The translations under genes and the position numbers were made by a program. A stretch of DNA of 64,000 bases from Betaproteobacteria bacterium. GTDB lineage: Bacteria > Pseudomonadota > Gammaproteobacteria > Burkholderiales > SG8-41. This document shows, piece by piece, positions 36,565 to 45,314 of this stretch. The DNA lies in the NCBI GenBank assembly GCA_947486575.1, contig CANKUB010000006.1:2455-66454 (forward strand), given 5' to 3'. Below the pieces are notes generated by a model. It did no database searches. It was given only the letters and a program-made list of their open reading frames with translations, and was not told where the DNA came from. The number at the start of each line of letters is the position of its first letter. Within the stretch, counting starts at the first letter, position 1.

Positions 36565-38277
36565 ATGTACGATCTCATCATTCGAAATGGCACAGTCGTC
36601 GACGGTACAGGATTGCCAAAATATCGGGCAGACGTTGGCGTGATCGGTGATCGAATTGCCGCCATCGGGCGCATCGGCGAACGCGGCAAAGCAGAATTAG
36701 ATGCCACCGGCCAGGTGGTGTCGCCGGGCTTCATCGACGGGCACACGCACATGGATGCGCAGGTATTTTGGGATCCACTGGGAAGCTGCTCTTGCTGGCA
36801 CGGTGTCACCACTGCTGTCATGGGAAATTGCGGCTTTACGCTTGCACCGGGTTCCGCCGACCAGCGTGACATGATCATCAGCAACATCGCGCGGGCGGAA
36901 GACATCTCAGCAGAAGCAATGGCGGCGGCAATCCGCTGGGACTGGACTACATTCCGCGAATACATGAATGTTGTCGACAAACTGCCCAAGGCGATCAACT
37001 ACGCCTCAAACATCGGGCACTCTGCGCTGCGCACGCATGTCATGGGGCCGCGCGCTTTCGAGCAGCAAGCCACAGCCGATGACCTGGGCGCGATGGAACA
37101 CAAATTGCTCGACGCGCTCGACGCGGGCGCCATCGGCTTCACCAGCTCACGTTCAACGGGGCACAAACTGCCGGAGCCGGATAACCGACCCGTCGCATCC
37201 AACCACGCGTCCTGGGACGAATTGAGCCGGCTGGTATGCGCCATGGGGAAAACGGGCCGTGGCATATTCGAGCTTTCCCGCGAAAAAGAAGCGCGTTCGC
37301 CGGATGCCATGTTGCGCAAGGCTGCCAATGACCGGCTGCGCGATCTCGCGGTGAAGAGTGGCGTTCCCATCACCTTCGGCATACCCGGCGGAAGCGTCGG
37401 CGTGGAGGATTCTTTGGCACTGCTGGACAGCACGGCGGACGCTGGCGGGCGCATGTTCGGACAGACGCATACCCGTGGCATTTCCCACATGCTGTCATTC
37501 AAGGGACGTTTGCAGTTCGATGATCTCGCTGAGTGGGCGGAAGTACGGGCCTTGCCTATCGAGGAACAACGCAAGGCTTTCAGTGATCCGGCGCGGCGCA
37601 AACGCTTGGTGGATGCAACCAAGACCGGGGTCTATCGAACCGGCGGCGGCGAACCGCGCAAGCCGAACTACGAGAACATGTATGTCCTGTACAGCGCTGT
37701 GTCGCGCAACCCCACCGTCGCGGAACTGGCTGCGCAGCGCAATGTCGATCCGGTTGAAGTCATGATGGACCTCGCTGTGGAGAGCAACTTCAATCAGTTG
37801 TTCATGCAGTTTGATATAGCCACGGTGCCCAAGAGTGAGGCGGAAGCACTGAAAACCTTGCGCCATCCGCGCACGGTGATGACGTTTTCCGATTCCGGCG
37901 CGCATGTCAGCCTGATCATGGATTCATCCATACACACTCACTTGCTGGCCTACTGGGTGCGCGAGCGCAAGGCATTTTCACTGGAAGAAGGCGTAAAAAT
38001 GATCACGCTCACACCAGCGATGGCGTGGGGATTCACTGATCGCGGCTTGTTGCGTCAGGGTTGCATCGCGGATATCAACGTATTCGATCCTGCAACAATT
38101 GCGCCGGAGATCCCCACTATCGAGAACGATCTGCCAACCGGCGCGCGCAGACTCAAGCAAAAGTCGACCGGCATCATGGCCACCATCATTGCCGGCAAAG
38201 TGGCATTCAGGTATGGCGACCATACCGGCGCGCTGGGCGGGAAGCTGCTGCGGTCGACTGCCGGGGGCGTGCGCTAA
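36565..38277 (+). CDS. N-acyl-D-amino-acid deacylase (D-aminoacylase) family amidohydrolase
   Basis: The start ATG at 36565 follows GGGAGGAAA. The product begins MYDLIIRNGTVVDGTG...VSPGFIDGHTHMD...VMGNCGFTLAP, which matches the family signature. Confidence 0.85.
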   Translation: MYDLIIRNGTVVDGTGLPKYRADVGVIGDRIAAIGRIGERGKAELDATGQVVSPGFIDGHTHMDAQVFWDPLGSCSCWHGVTTAVMGNCGFTLAPGSADQRDMIISNIARAEDISAEAMAAAIRWDWTTFREYMNVVDKLPKAINYASNIGHSALRTHVMGPRAFEQQATADDLGAMEHKLLDALDAGAIGFTSSRSTGHKLPEPDNRPVASNHASWDELSRLVCAMGKTGRGIFELSREKEARSPDAMLRKAANDRLRDLAVKSGVPITFGIPGGSVGVEDSLALLDSTADAGGRMFGQTHTRGISHMLSFKGRLQFDDLAEWAEVRALPIEEQRKAFSDPARRKRLVDATKTGVYRTGGGEPRKPNYENMYVLYSAVSRNPTVAELAAQRNVDPVEVMMDLAVESNFNQLFMQFDIATVPKSEAEALKTLRHPRTVMTFSDSGAHVSLIMDSSIHTHLLAYWVRERKAFSLEEGVKMITLTPAMAWGFTDRGLLRQGCIADINVFDPATIAPEIPTIENDLPTGARRLKQKSTGIMATIIAGKVAFRYGDHTGALGGKLLRSTAGGVR

Positions 38278-38405
38278 CTTGCGCTAACTATCATCAGCTT
38301 GCCCGTCTACCAAAGCGGGGCTTGCGCTGTGCGCCGCAGCGTGCCAGACGCGCTTGCCGCACACACCGTCAGTCTGTTCGTTTCGCAATTCGAGAAGGTG
38401 CATAC

Positions 38406-39389
38406 ATGACCATCACGCTCAGGCGATTTACAGGTCTGCTCACGCTGGCACTGCTCGCGTGCAGCAGTGCAGCCATCGCACAGGACAAACCAGCCGGATA
38501 CCCGGTTCGACCGATCCGGCTCATCGTGGCTGTTGCTCCAGGCGCCGGTGCCGATGCGATCGCGCGAGCGGTAGCTCAGATGTTGAGTGATCGCTTGGGT
38601 CAGAATGTCATCGTTGATAATCGCTCGGGCGGCGGCGGCGTCATCGCCACGGAATTAGTCGCCAAATCACCGCCTGACGGCTACACAATACTCAGCCAGG
38701 GCGATACGCTCATGCTGCAAGGCGCCATGAAGCGCGTGCCCTTCGACGTGCTCAAGGCGTTTGAGCCCATTGTCTCGACATCCGCGCAACCGTACATTCT
38801 TCTGGTGGCACCTAACTTTCCGCCGAAGACCATGAAAGAAATGGTCGCGTATTCGGCAACGCAGACCGTGACTTACTCCGGCAGTTCAGGCGTGGGCGCG
38901 ACGGTACACCTCGGCATGGAATGGTTCGCCCAGCTATCCGGCGCGAAATTACTGTTCGTGCCCTACAAGGGCAGCGCGCCCGCCATTCTCGGTGTGATGG
39001 GCGGCGAGATTCACATGGCCGCAGGGAGCGCCATTGCCGCCAGCGGCGCGATTCGCAGCGGCAAGCTGCGCGCACTGGCAACGATGGGACTCACGCGCAT
39101 TCCCGTACTGCCGGATTTACCCACGGTGGCCGAGCAGGGCTATCCGGGGTTCAAGATCACCAATCGTTACAATCTTTCCGCTCCGGCGGGAACGCCGCGC
39201 CCGATCATCGCAGCCATCAATCGTATCGTGAGCGACGGCATGCATACACCACAGATGGCACAACGGCTCGCCGCCGACGGCAGTCAGCCCGCCGAGCGCA
39301 TGACACCCGATGAACTCAAGGCAGCGCTTGCTCGCGAGTACGCCGAGATCGAGCAACAGGTAAAGCGACTGAATATCAAGATTCAATAA
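38406..39389 (+). CDS. Bug/TctC-family periplasmic solute-binding protein
   Basis: The track ORF is trimmed to ATG 38406 (MTITLRRFTGLLTLALLACSSAAIA). Motifs YPVRPIRLIVAVAPGAGAD, IVDNRSGGGG and PDGYT are present. Confidence 0.9.
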   Translation: MTITLRRFTGLLTLALLACSSAAIAQDKPAGYPVRPIRLIVAVAPGAGADAIARAVAQMLSDRLGQNVIVDNRSGGGGVIATELVAKSPPDGYTILSQGDTLMLQGAMKRVPFDVLKAFEPIVSTSAQPYILLVAPNFPPKTMKEMVAYSATQTVTYSGSSGVGATVHLGMEWFAQLSGAKLLFVPYKGSAPAILGVMGGEIHMAAGSAIAASGAIRSGKLRALATMGLTRIPVLPDLPTVAEQGYPGFKITNRYNLSAPAGTPRPIIAAINRIVSDGMHTPQMAQRLAADGSQPAERMTPDELKAALAREYAEIEQQVKRLNIKIQ

Positions 39390-39412
39390 TTTAATAATTT
39401 AAGAGCGCGCGA

Positions 39413-39432
39413 AACCCGGCGTTGCCCGGGTT
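39413..39432. terminator. Hairpin between convergent Bug genes (possible bidirectional terminator)
   Basis: AACCCGG-cgttgc-CCGGGTT, flanked by AT-rich sequence on the left. Confidence 0.5.
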
Positions 39433-39434
39433 GA

Positions 39435-40403
39435 TCACTTTAACCCTGCCGCCCGCGCCACTTCTTCAAACGTCACCAGCATGCCACGCAGAATCTTGTC
39501 GAACTCCTCCGGCGACGTAGCTGCCGGTATAAAGTCGATCGCCTCCATCTGCTTTTTGACATCCGGCATATCCAGCACGCGAGCAATATCCCGGCTGACC
39601 TTGTTCACGATGGCACGCGGCGTTTTTGCGGGTGCCAGGATCGCGTGAGACGCATCACGGCGAAAGCTCGGCAAAGTCTCCAGCACCGTGGGTACATCCG
39701 GCAATAACGGCGAGCGTTTCGGCGTTACCACCGCCAGCGCGAGCAATCGCCCATCCCGGATCATGCCAATCGATGTGCCAAGGCCCGGCATGCCGAGATG
39801 CACACGCCCCGCCAGATTTTCAATCAGCATTTCCGGCTGCCCCTTGAATGCCACATGCGTCATCTTGATACCCGCGGCCATACGAAAGCGCTCGGTACTC
39901 ATGTGAATGCCGCTACCCGCCCCCGCTGATCCGTAGAGAATCTTGCCGGGCCGCTCATTCGCCGCCACAATCAGTTCCTTCACCGACTTGATACCGAACG
40001 TCGGCGAAATGACCAGTGCGCCGGTTGAGTAGCCAATCTGCGACACGCCGGAGAAATCACGCAACGGGTCATAGCCGACATTGGATCGCAGCACCGCATT
40101 GATCGCAAACGATGCTGAAATCACCAGCAGGGTGTAACCGTCGGGGGTGGCCTGCGCTGCCATCGACGACGCAATGGAACTGCCTGCCCCGCTGCGGTTT
40201 TCGATCACCACCGGCTGCCCCCATAGTTCGCTCAGCCTGGGCGCCAGCAGGCGGGCAGATTGGTCTGTTGCACTGCCTGCGGAGAAGCCGACCACCATAC
40301 GCACCGGGCGCGAAGGCCAATTGTTGGCAGACGAAGTTTGTGCGCCAACCAGGGGAACCACTCCAGCCATCAACAACGTCAAGCAAGCCAAACCCTTGAT
40401 CAT
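39435..40403 (-). CDS. Bug/TctC-family periplasmic solute-binding protein
   Basis: A signal peptide followed by WPSRPVRMVVGFSAGSATD, VIENRSGAGS and PDGYT. Confidence 0.88.
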   Translation of the reverse strand: MIKGLACLTLLMAGVVPLVGAQTSSANNWPSRPVRMVVGFSAGSATDQSARLLAPRLSELWGQPVVIENRSGAGSSIASSMAAQATPDGYTLLVISASFAINAVLRSNVGYDPLRDFSGVSQIGYSTGALVISPTFGIKSVKELIVAANERPGKILYGSAGAGSGIHMSTERFRMAAGIKMTHVAFKGQPEMLIENLAGRVHLGMPGLGTSIGMIRDGRLLALAVVTPKRSPLLPDVPTVLETLPSFRRDASHAILAPAKTPRAIVNKVSRDIARVLDMPDVKKQMEAIDFIPAATSPEEFDKILRGMLVTFEEVARAAGLK

Positions 40404-40448
40404 TTAACACTCCGTGTCATTCGGGCTATTCGGATTCCCTGCTACGCA

Positions 40449-41417
40449 TTAGGGCTTCAGCGACAGCCCCACCCGCTCAACATTTACCTTTTCCTCATCG
40501 TACCAAGTCTTGACGCGACGCACGTATTCCTCGGTTGAAAGGTAAAAGTTTTCCTGATCGAGTCGCTCCAGTGTTTTCTGATAGCCCGGGTCTTCAATCG
40601 CTTTTTTCACGGCATCGTGCAAAATTTTCACATGCTTCGGATCCATGCCTTTCGGTCCCGCTAGGCCATATGGAGAATTGGAAACGATGTTGTAGCCAAG
40701 CTCTTTTAGCGTCGGCACATTGGGCCAACGCTTGGTACGCTCTGCGCCCCAGGTGACCAGCAGCCTGAAGCGGCCCGATTGAACATACTCACCCCAGCCG
40801 CTTGAGTCCGCTACGGCTGTAATGTGACCACCCATCAGGGCGGCGGTGGTATCCGCATTCCCTTTGAACGGAACATGGGTCCATTTAATACCTTCCTTCA
40901 AGCCAAGCTCCTCCATCGTCATGTGCAGCGATGTGCCAAGACCCGGCGTACCATAAGTCACCTTTTCAGGATTGGCTTTGGCGTAGGCGATGAACTCTTT
41001 CCACGTTTTCCACGGCGAATCCGCACGCACTACGACGCCGAACGTATAACCGGTTACGCCAACTATCCAGCTGAAATCCTTGAACACGTCCCACGTCACC
41101 TTTTGCATATGCGGATAACGCAATACCGTAATCGGCATCTGCGAAATGGTGTAACCGTCAGGCCGTGCATTGACCAGGCTGGCAGGCCCGATCGTGCCGC
41201 CAGCCCCCGTCTTGTTCTCGACGATCACGCGCGTCCCCAGTTGCTTGCCCAGCACTTCGGCAAGATTTCGCATGGCGATGTCGGTACCGCCGCCTGCGGA
41301 ATACGGCACGATCAACGTAATCGGGCGTTCTGGATATCCCTGTGACCATGCGTTAGTGCAGGCACAAAGCGCAATGAACAAAGCGCGGCAGGTGTTGTGC
41401 AGGAATCGGTATTTCAT
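40449..41417 (-). CDS. Bug/TctC-family periplasmic solute-binding protein
   Basis: Motifs YPERPITLIVPYSAGGGTD, IVENKTGAGG and PDGYT. Confidence 0.88.
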   Translation of the reverse strand: MKYRFLHNTCRALFIALCACTNAWSQGYPERPITLIVPYSAGGGTDIAMRNLAEVLGKQLGTRVIVENKTGAGGTIGPASLVNARPDGYTISQMPITVLRYPHMQKVTWDVFKDFSWIVGVTGYTFGVVVRADSPWKTWKEFIAYAKANPEKVTYGTPGLGTSLHMTMEELGLKEGIKWTHVPFKGNADTTAALMGGHITAVADSSGWGEYVQSGRFRLLVTWGAERTKRWPNVPTLKELGYNIVSNSPYGLAGPKGMDPKHVKILHDAVKKAIEDPGYQKTLERLDQENFYLSTEEYVRRVKTWYDEEKVNVERVGLSLKP

Positions 41418-41444
41418 GGAAGCTCCTCGATGAAAACTAACTAT

Positions 41445-42848
41445 TTACCGGTTGGCCGCTACATGTTCCGCCGCCAGCAAGCCGAACGTCAAGGCTTTCA
41501 TCAAGCCGCCGGCATAACCTACGGCAGGGCCGCCTTCCAGTCCGCCGGTGGTCGCGCCAGCGGCATACAAACCGGGAATTGCCGTGTTGTCCGGACGCAG
41601 TACTTGCCCATGCGCGTTGATGCGTACTCCGCCCATGGTGTAGGTCAAGCCGGCGCATGCGGGCGCGCCATAGAACGGTGCCGTGCGCACCGGCAGCGGC
41701 TTGCGTCGCGTGGCGGAGCGTGGCGGTTGCAATCCACCCAGTTTCCCGTCCGCAAGTGCGGTGTTGTAATCGCGCACGGTAGATTCCAGTGCCGCCGCAT
41801 CGATCTTCAATTTGACGGCTAATTCAGCAATGCTGTCTGCTTTGAACAGTGTACCGCCGTTGGCGAGCAGAGTCGCGTTGGGTGGTATGCCTGCGGCACG
41901 TCCAGGCCCTTGCCAGATCGCTTCGTCAAACACAACGGATGTTCCCAATGGATCCGCCTGACGCGCGATGGCATTCGTAATATAAACACCGCCCATGCCT
42001 TCGTCAGCGATGCGCTGCCCGCGCTGGTTGACTAGCAACCCCGCAGCGGCCAGCTCATCCAGTTGCGGATAAGGCCACAGGCGATCATTCTGCATCGCAT
42101 CGCGCGACAACACGTGACCGTAAAACGCTTCGAGCGTGCTGAGACTGGCGCCCACGGCTTGCGCCATGCGCAGACCATCACCCACCCCTGTGCGCACATT
42201 GCGCTGCTTCAACGATTGTGGTGATGGCGTGAGGTGTTGGCCTGCGAGGCATTCGTTGGCCTGGAACCCGCCATCCGCAAGCACCACGGCACGACCGCGG
42301 AATTCGAGTTCCTGTTCGCCCTGTTTCGCACGCACACCCACACAACAACCGTTTTCTACAATTAAATCAACAACTTGCGTATTCCTATACAACGCACCAC
42401 CGCGTTCGTGCAATTTGCTTTCAAGCGCGCGCAATCCCCTATCTGAACCCAGCCCCTTCCATTCCAGATGCGTTGCAGGTGGTCTTACCGGTGCGAGCAC
42501 CCAATTGCGCCAGCCTGCCGTCGTCGCCTGCTCAAAACTTGCGCCCTCGTCGCGCAACCAATGCACTGCGCGGCTGGCGTTGCTAGCAATGGCATCCACC
42601 AGCGCTGTCTCCGCATAACCCGCTGTAATTTCGTTGATAGCCTGCGCCAGCGCCCCGGGCGCCGTGGTGGGATCGTTGTACGAAATATGCATCACGCCAC
42701 CCGCCACGCGCGAATTGCAGGCGTAGAGCGCATCACTGCCGCGTTCCAGCACTGCCGCTTTTAGGCCAAGTTGTGCAGCGCGGCTGGCTGCTGCAAGGCC
42801 GGCATAACCGCCACCCATACTGATCAAATCGTATTGTTGTACCGTCAT
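41445..42848 (-). CDS. FAD-dependent oxidoreductase (fumarate reductase/succinate dehydrogenase flavoprotein-like, KstD/TcuA-like)
   Basis: The 467-aa product has the N-terminal dinucleotide fold YDLISMGGGYAGLAAASRAA and the C-terminal motif IPGLYAAGATTGG. Confidence 0.8.
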   Translation of the reverse strand: MTVQQYDLISMGGGYAGLAAASRAAQLGLKAAVLERGSDALYACNSRVAGGVMHISYNDPTTAPGALAQAINEITAGYAETALVDAIASNASRAVHWLRDEGASFEQATTAGWRNWVLAPVRPPATHLEWKGLGSDRGLRALESKLHERGGALYRNTQVVDLIVENGCCVGVRAKQGEQELEFRGRAVVLADGGFQANECLAGQHLTPSPQSLKQRNVRTGVGDGLRMAQAVGASLSTLEAFYGHVLSRDAMQNDRLWPYPQLDELAAAGLLVNQRGQRIADEGMGGVYITNAIARQADPLGTSVVFDEAIWQGPGRAAGIPPNATLLANGGTLFKADSIAELAVKLKIDAAALESTVRDYNTALADGKLGGLQPPRSATRRKPLPVRTAPFYGAPACAGLTYTMGGVRINAHGQVLRPDNTAIPGLYAAGATTGGLEGGPAVGYAGGLMKALTFGLLAAEHVAANR

Positions 42849-42851
42849 GGT

Positions 42852-43562
42852 TTACTCACTAATAGCACTCAATAAACGCCCCTGCGCTGCCAGCGAACCG
42901 CGCCACCCAAGCATGCGCAACGCCGACCACAGAGCCGCTGCCGTGGTGGAAATAACCGGTTTGCCAATTTTCGCTTCAAGCTGTTGCGTGATCGCCATGG
43001 TACTCCAGTTGGTGCCGGCAAAGACGATCGCCTCTGCCTGCTGGCAATCCAGCTTCAGACCCATATCGTAGGCGCTCTGCGGCAACAACCTGCCTACCTC
43101 GAGATTTTGCGTCAAGCCAAGCTCCTGCGTGGCAACTACCTCGATGCCATTCCCCTGCAAAAAGCGGCTGGCGATTTCGCTCACCACCTTGTCGTACGGT
43201 GCACCGATTGCAATGCGCGTCACTTTCAAATGGCGCAATGCCTCGAGCAGCGCTGTCGCTGTGGTTGAAGCACGCTTGCCGGTAGCGGCCGCGATTCGCG
43301 CAGCAAGCTCCCGGTCATAGGTTGCGCCTTTGAGAAAGCCCGGCGAAACCGCGCCCAGCATGATCACATCGACATCTGCGGTGGCCAGCAACCTACCCTG
43401 AGAATCCAGTTCCGCCAGCATCGCAGCGATGGTTTCTTCGCTGATGCTTGAAAGAAACAGCCGCGCCGTATGCAGCGTCACGTCTGGCGGCAACGCGCGA
43501 TAAAACTCCGGTTCCACCGAGGTGTTCGACGATGGAATCAGCAAGCCGATGCGGGCACTCAT
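42852..43562 (-). CDS. Asp/Glu/hydantoin-racemase superfamily protein (maleate isomerase/arylmalonate decarboxylase-like) lacking both catalytic Cys
   Basis: The family N-terminus IGLLIPSSNTSVEPEF is present. The two catalytic loops read IMLGAVSPGF and VFAGTNWST, where the paralog at 44547 reads VVAYGCTAAGF and MFIGCSQLPT. The protein has a single Cys (KLDCQQ), which lies outside both loops. Confidence 0.75.
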   Translation of the reverse strand: MSARIGLLIPSSNTSVEPEFYRALPPDVTLHTARLFLSSISEETIAAMLAELDSQGRLLATADVDVIMLGAVSPGFLKGATYDRELAARIAAATGKRASTTATALLEALRHLKVTRIAIGAPYDKVVSEIASRFLQGNGIEVVATQELGLTQNLEVGRLLPQSAYDMGLKLDCQQAEAIVFAGTNWSTMAITQQLEAKIGKPVISTTAAALWSALRMLGWRGSLAAQGRLLSAISE

Positions 43563-43572
43563 GCTTGCAACG

Positions 43573-44535
43573 CTATTCCGCCTTGATGCCAGCCGCGCGA
43601 ATGACCTTGCCCCATTTCTCGATATCGCCTTTCAGAAAGGCCGCCAGCTCCTCGGGTGTGCCAGGCGCAGGATCAGCGCCCTGAGAAATCAGCCAGGCGC
43701 GCACAGTCGGTGAACCAATGATGCTCACCATGTCGCGATTCAACACGCGAATAACGTCTGAGGGTGTACGGGCTGGTGCGAACATCGCAAACCAAGTCAC
43801 CGCATCAAAACCCGCGAATCCCGCTTCCGCCACCGTTGGAATATCCTGCGCGCCAGCAAAACGATTTTTGCTGGTAATCGCGTAGGCTTTCACTTTGCCT
43901 GCCTTGACTTGCGGTAAAGCTACCGGCACCGGCACGCCGGAAAGCTGCACCTCGCCGCTCATCACCGCTGTCATCGCTGCACCGATGCCCTTGTACGGCA
44001 CATGCACAAACTTGAGGCCAAACGCGTGGTTCATCATTTCAAAATTCAGGTGCGCAGCACCGCCAGCGCCACCCGTGGAATAGTTCACCGCGCCAGGACG
44101 CGCTTTAACATAGTCAACCAGCGCTTTCATATTCGCCGGTTGCAGGGACGGGTGCGCAATGATGATCAGCGGCACATATGCATAGTGCGTGATCGGCGCA
44201 AAATCCCTCAAAGGGTCGTACGGCATTTTCTTGTAAAGACTGGGCGCAGCGGAAAATGACCCATGCTGACCCAAATGCACGGTATAGCCATCCGGTGCCG
44301 CCCGCGCGGCCACTTCCCCTGCAATCACGCCGCCCAAGCCGGAACGATTTTCGATCACTACCGGCTGACTCCAGCGCTCGCTCAAGCGCTGGCCAAGATA
44401 ACGCGCGAGCAGATCGCCACTAGTGCCAGTGGAGGCCGCGATGATGCGCACGGGTTTGGTGGGGAATTGCGCGCCAGCGGCGCACCAAAAGCCAGCTAGA
44501 AAGACGCCCGTAACTATTTGTTTTAATTGTTTAAT
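43573..44535 (-). CDS. Bug/TctC-family periplasmic solute-binding protein, probable non-canonical (ATT) start
   Basis: The track ORF begins at GTG 44451, inside the conserved KPVR box. The frame stays open upstream to a stop at 44536-44538 and encodes IKQLKQIVTGVFLAGFWCAAGAQFPTKPVRII, a signal peptide plus the Bug box. No ATG, GTG or TTG is present in that stretch. An ATT at 44533-44535 lies 7 nt after GAGGGG. Confidence 0.7.
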   Translation of the reverse strand: MKQLKQIVTGVFLAGFWCAAGAQFPTKPVRIIAASTGTSGDLLARYLGQRLSERWSQPVVIENRSGLGGVIAGEVAARAAPDGYTVHLGQHGSFSAAPSLYKKMPYDPLRDFAPITHYAYVPLIIIAHPSLQPANMKALVDYVKARPGAVNYSTGGAGGAAHLNFEMMNHAFGLKFVHVPYKGIGAAMTAVMSGEVQLSGVPVPVALPQVKAGKVKAYAITSKNRFAGAQDIPTVAEAGFAGFDAVTWFAMFAPARTPSDVIRVLNRDMVSIIGSPTVRAWLISQGADPAPGTPEELAAFLKGDIEKWGKVIRAAGIKAE

Positions 44536-44546
44536 TTAAGCACCCC

Positions 44547-45233
44547 TCAAGCAGCTACACGACCCTCGGCGGCAAGCTGCGCACGGCGCGCTGTCACCTG
44601 TATTGACGAAAACGCCGGCCGCCCAAACTCACGCTCGAGATCACCAAGAATCTCCGCCGTGGGCAACTGCGAACAGCCGATGAACATCGCTTCGCAATCA
44701 TCCGCCATGGTTTCGCGCGCGAGTTTTGCAACCTGGTGCGCCTCAATGCGGCCCAGTTCATCGACGTTCTGTGCATAAAAACTGTTGAAGCGTTTGACGG
44801 TGATGCCGCCATCCGCAAGAAACGCTTTTAACTGCGTGTTCACGGTATCCAGATAAGGTGTCACCAGCGCAATTTTGGTCGCGCCAATTTCCTGCAAGGC
44901 CACCACCATCGAACGCGCCGTGGTAACCACGTTCTTACCCGTGATATTGAACAGGCTTCGTTGCAACGCCTTGTCGCCCGATGGCCCTGATATAAACCCC
45001 GCCGCCGTGCAGCCATACGCCACCACATCGACCCTCGGATCATCAAACGCCTCCGCCAGTTTCAGCGCCTGCGCCATATATTCCGGCAGCGTTTCCTGGG
45101 TCAGCATGCCTTTGCCGCGCGGTATGCGCTGGGTTGCGCAAGTCGAACCGGCGGGCAGCCACGCCGTCAATTCACGCTCCATCGTGGTGTTGTTACTCGG
45201 CACCATCAGGCCGACATGCAAGGCGTCTTTCAT
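44547..45233 (-). CDS. Maleate cis-trans isomerase-like Asp/Glu-racemase superfamily protein (both catalytic Cys present)
   Basis: The start ATG at 45231-45233 follows GGGAG. The product contains VGLMVPSNNTTMEREL and the Cys loops AYGCTAAGF and IGCSQLPT. Confidence 0.8.
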   Translation of the reverse strand: MKDALHVGLMVPSNNTTMERELTAWLPAGSTCATQRIPRGKGMLTQETLPEYMAQALKLAEAFDDPRVDVVAYGCTAAGFISGPSGDKALQRSLFNITGKNVVTTARSMVVALQEIGATKIALVTPYLDTVNTQLKAFLADGGITVKRFNSFYAQNVDELGRIEAHQVAKLARETMADDCEAMFIGCSQLPTAEILGDLEREFGRPAFSSIQVTARRAQLAAEGRVAA

Positions 45234-45314
45234 GTGAACTCCCATCATTTCCATGGCAAAGATTATCAATTTCGCCATGTTATCCTACTGTGAAACACAA
45301 GACGAGGGCATCTT

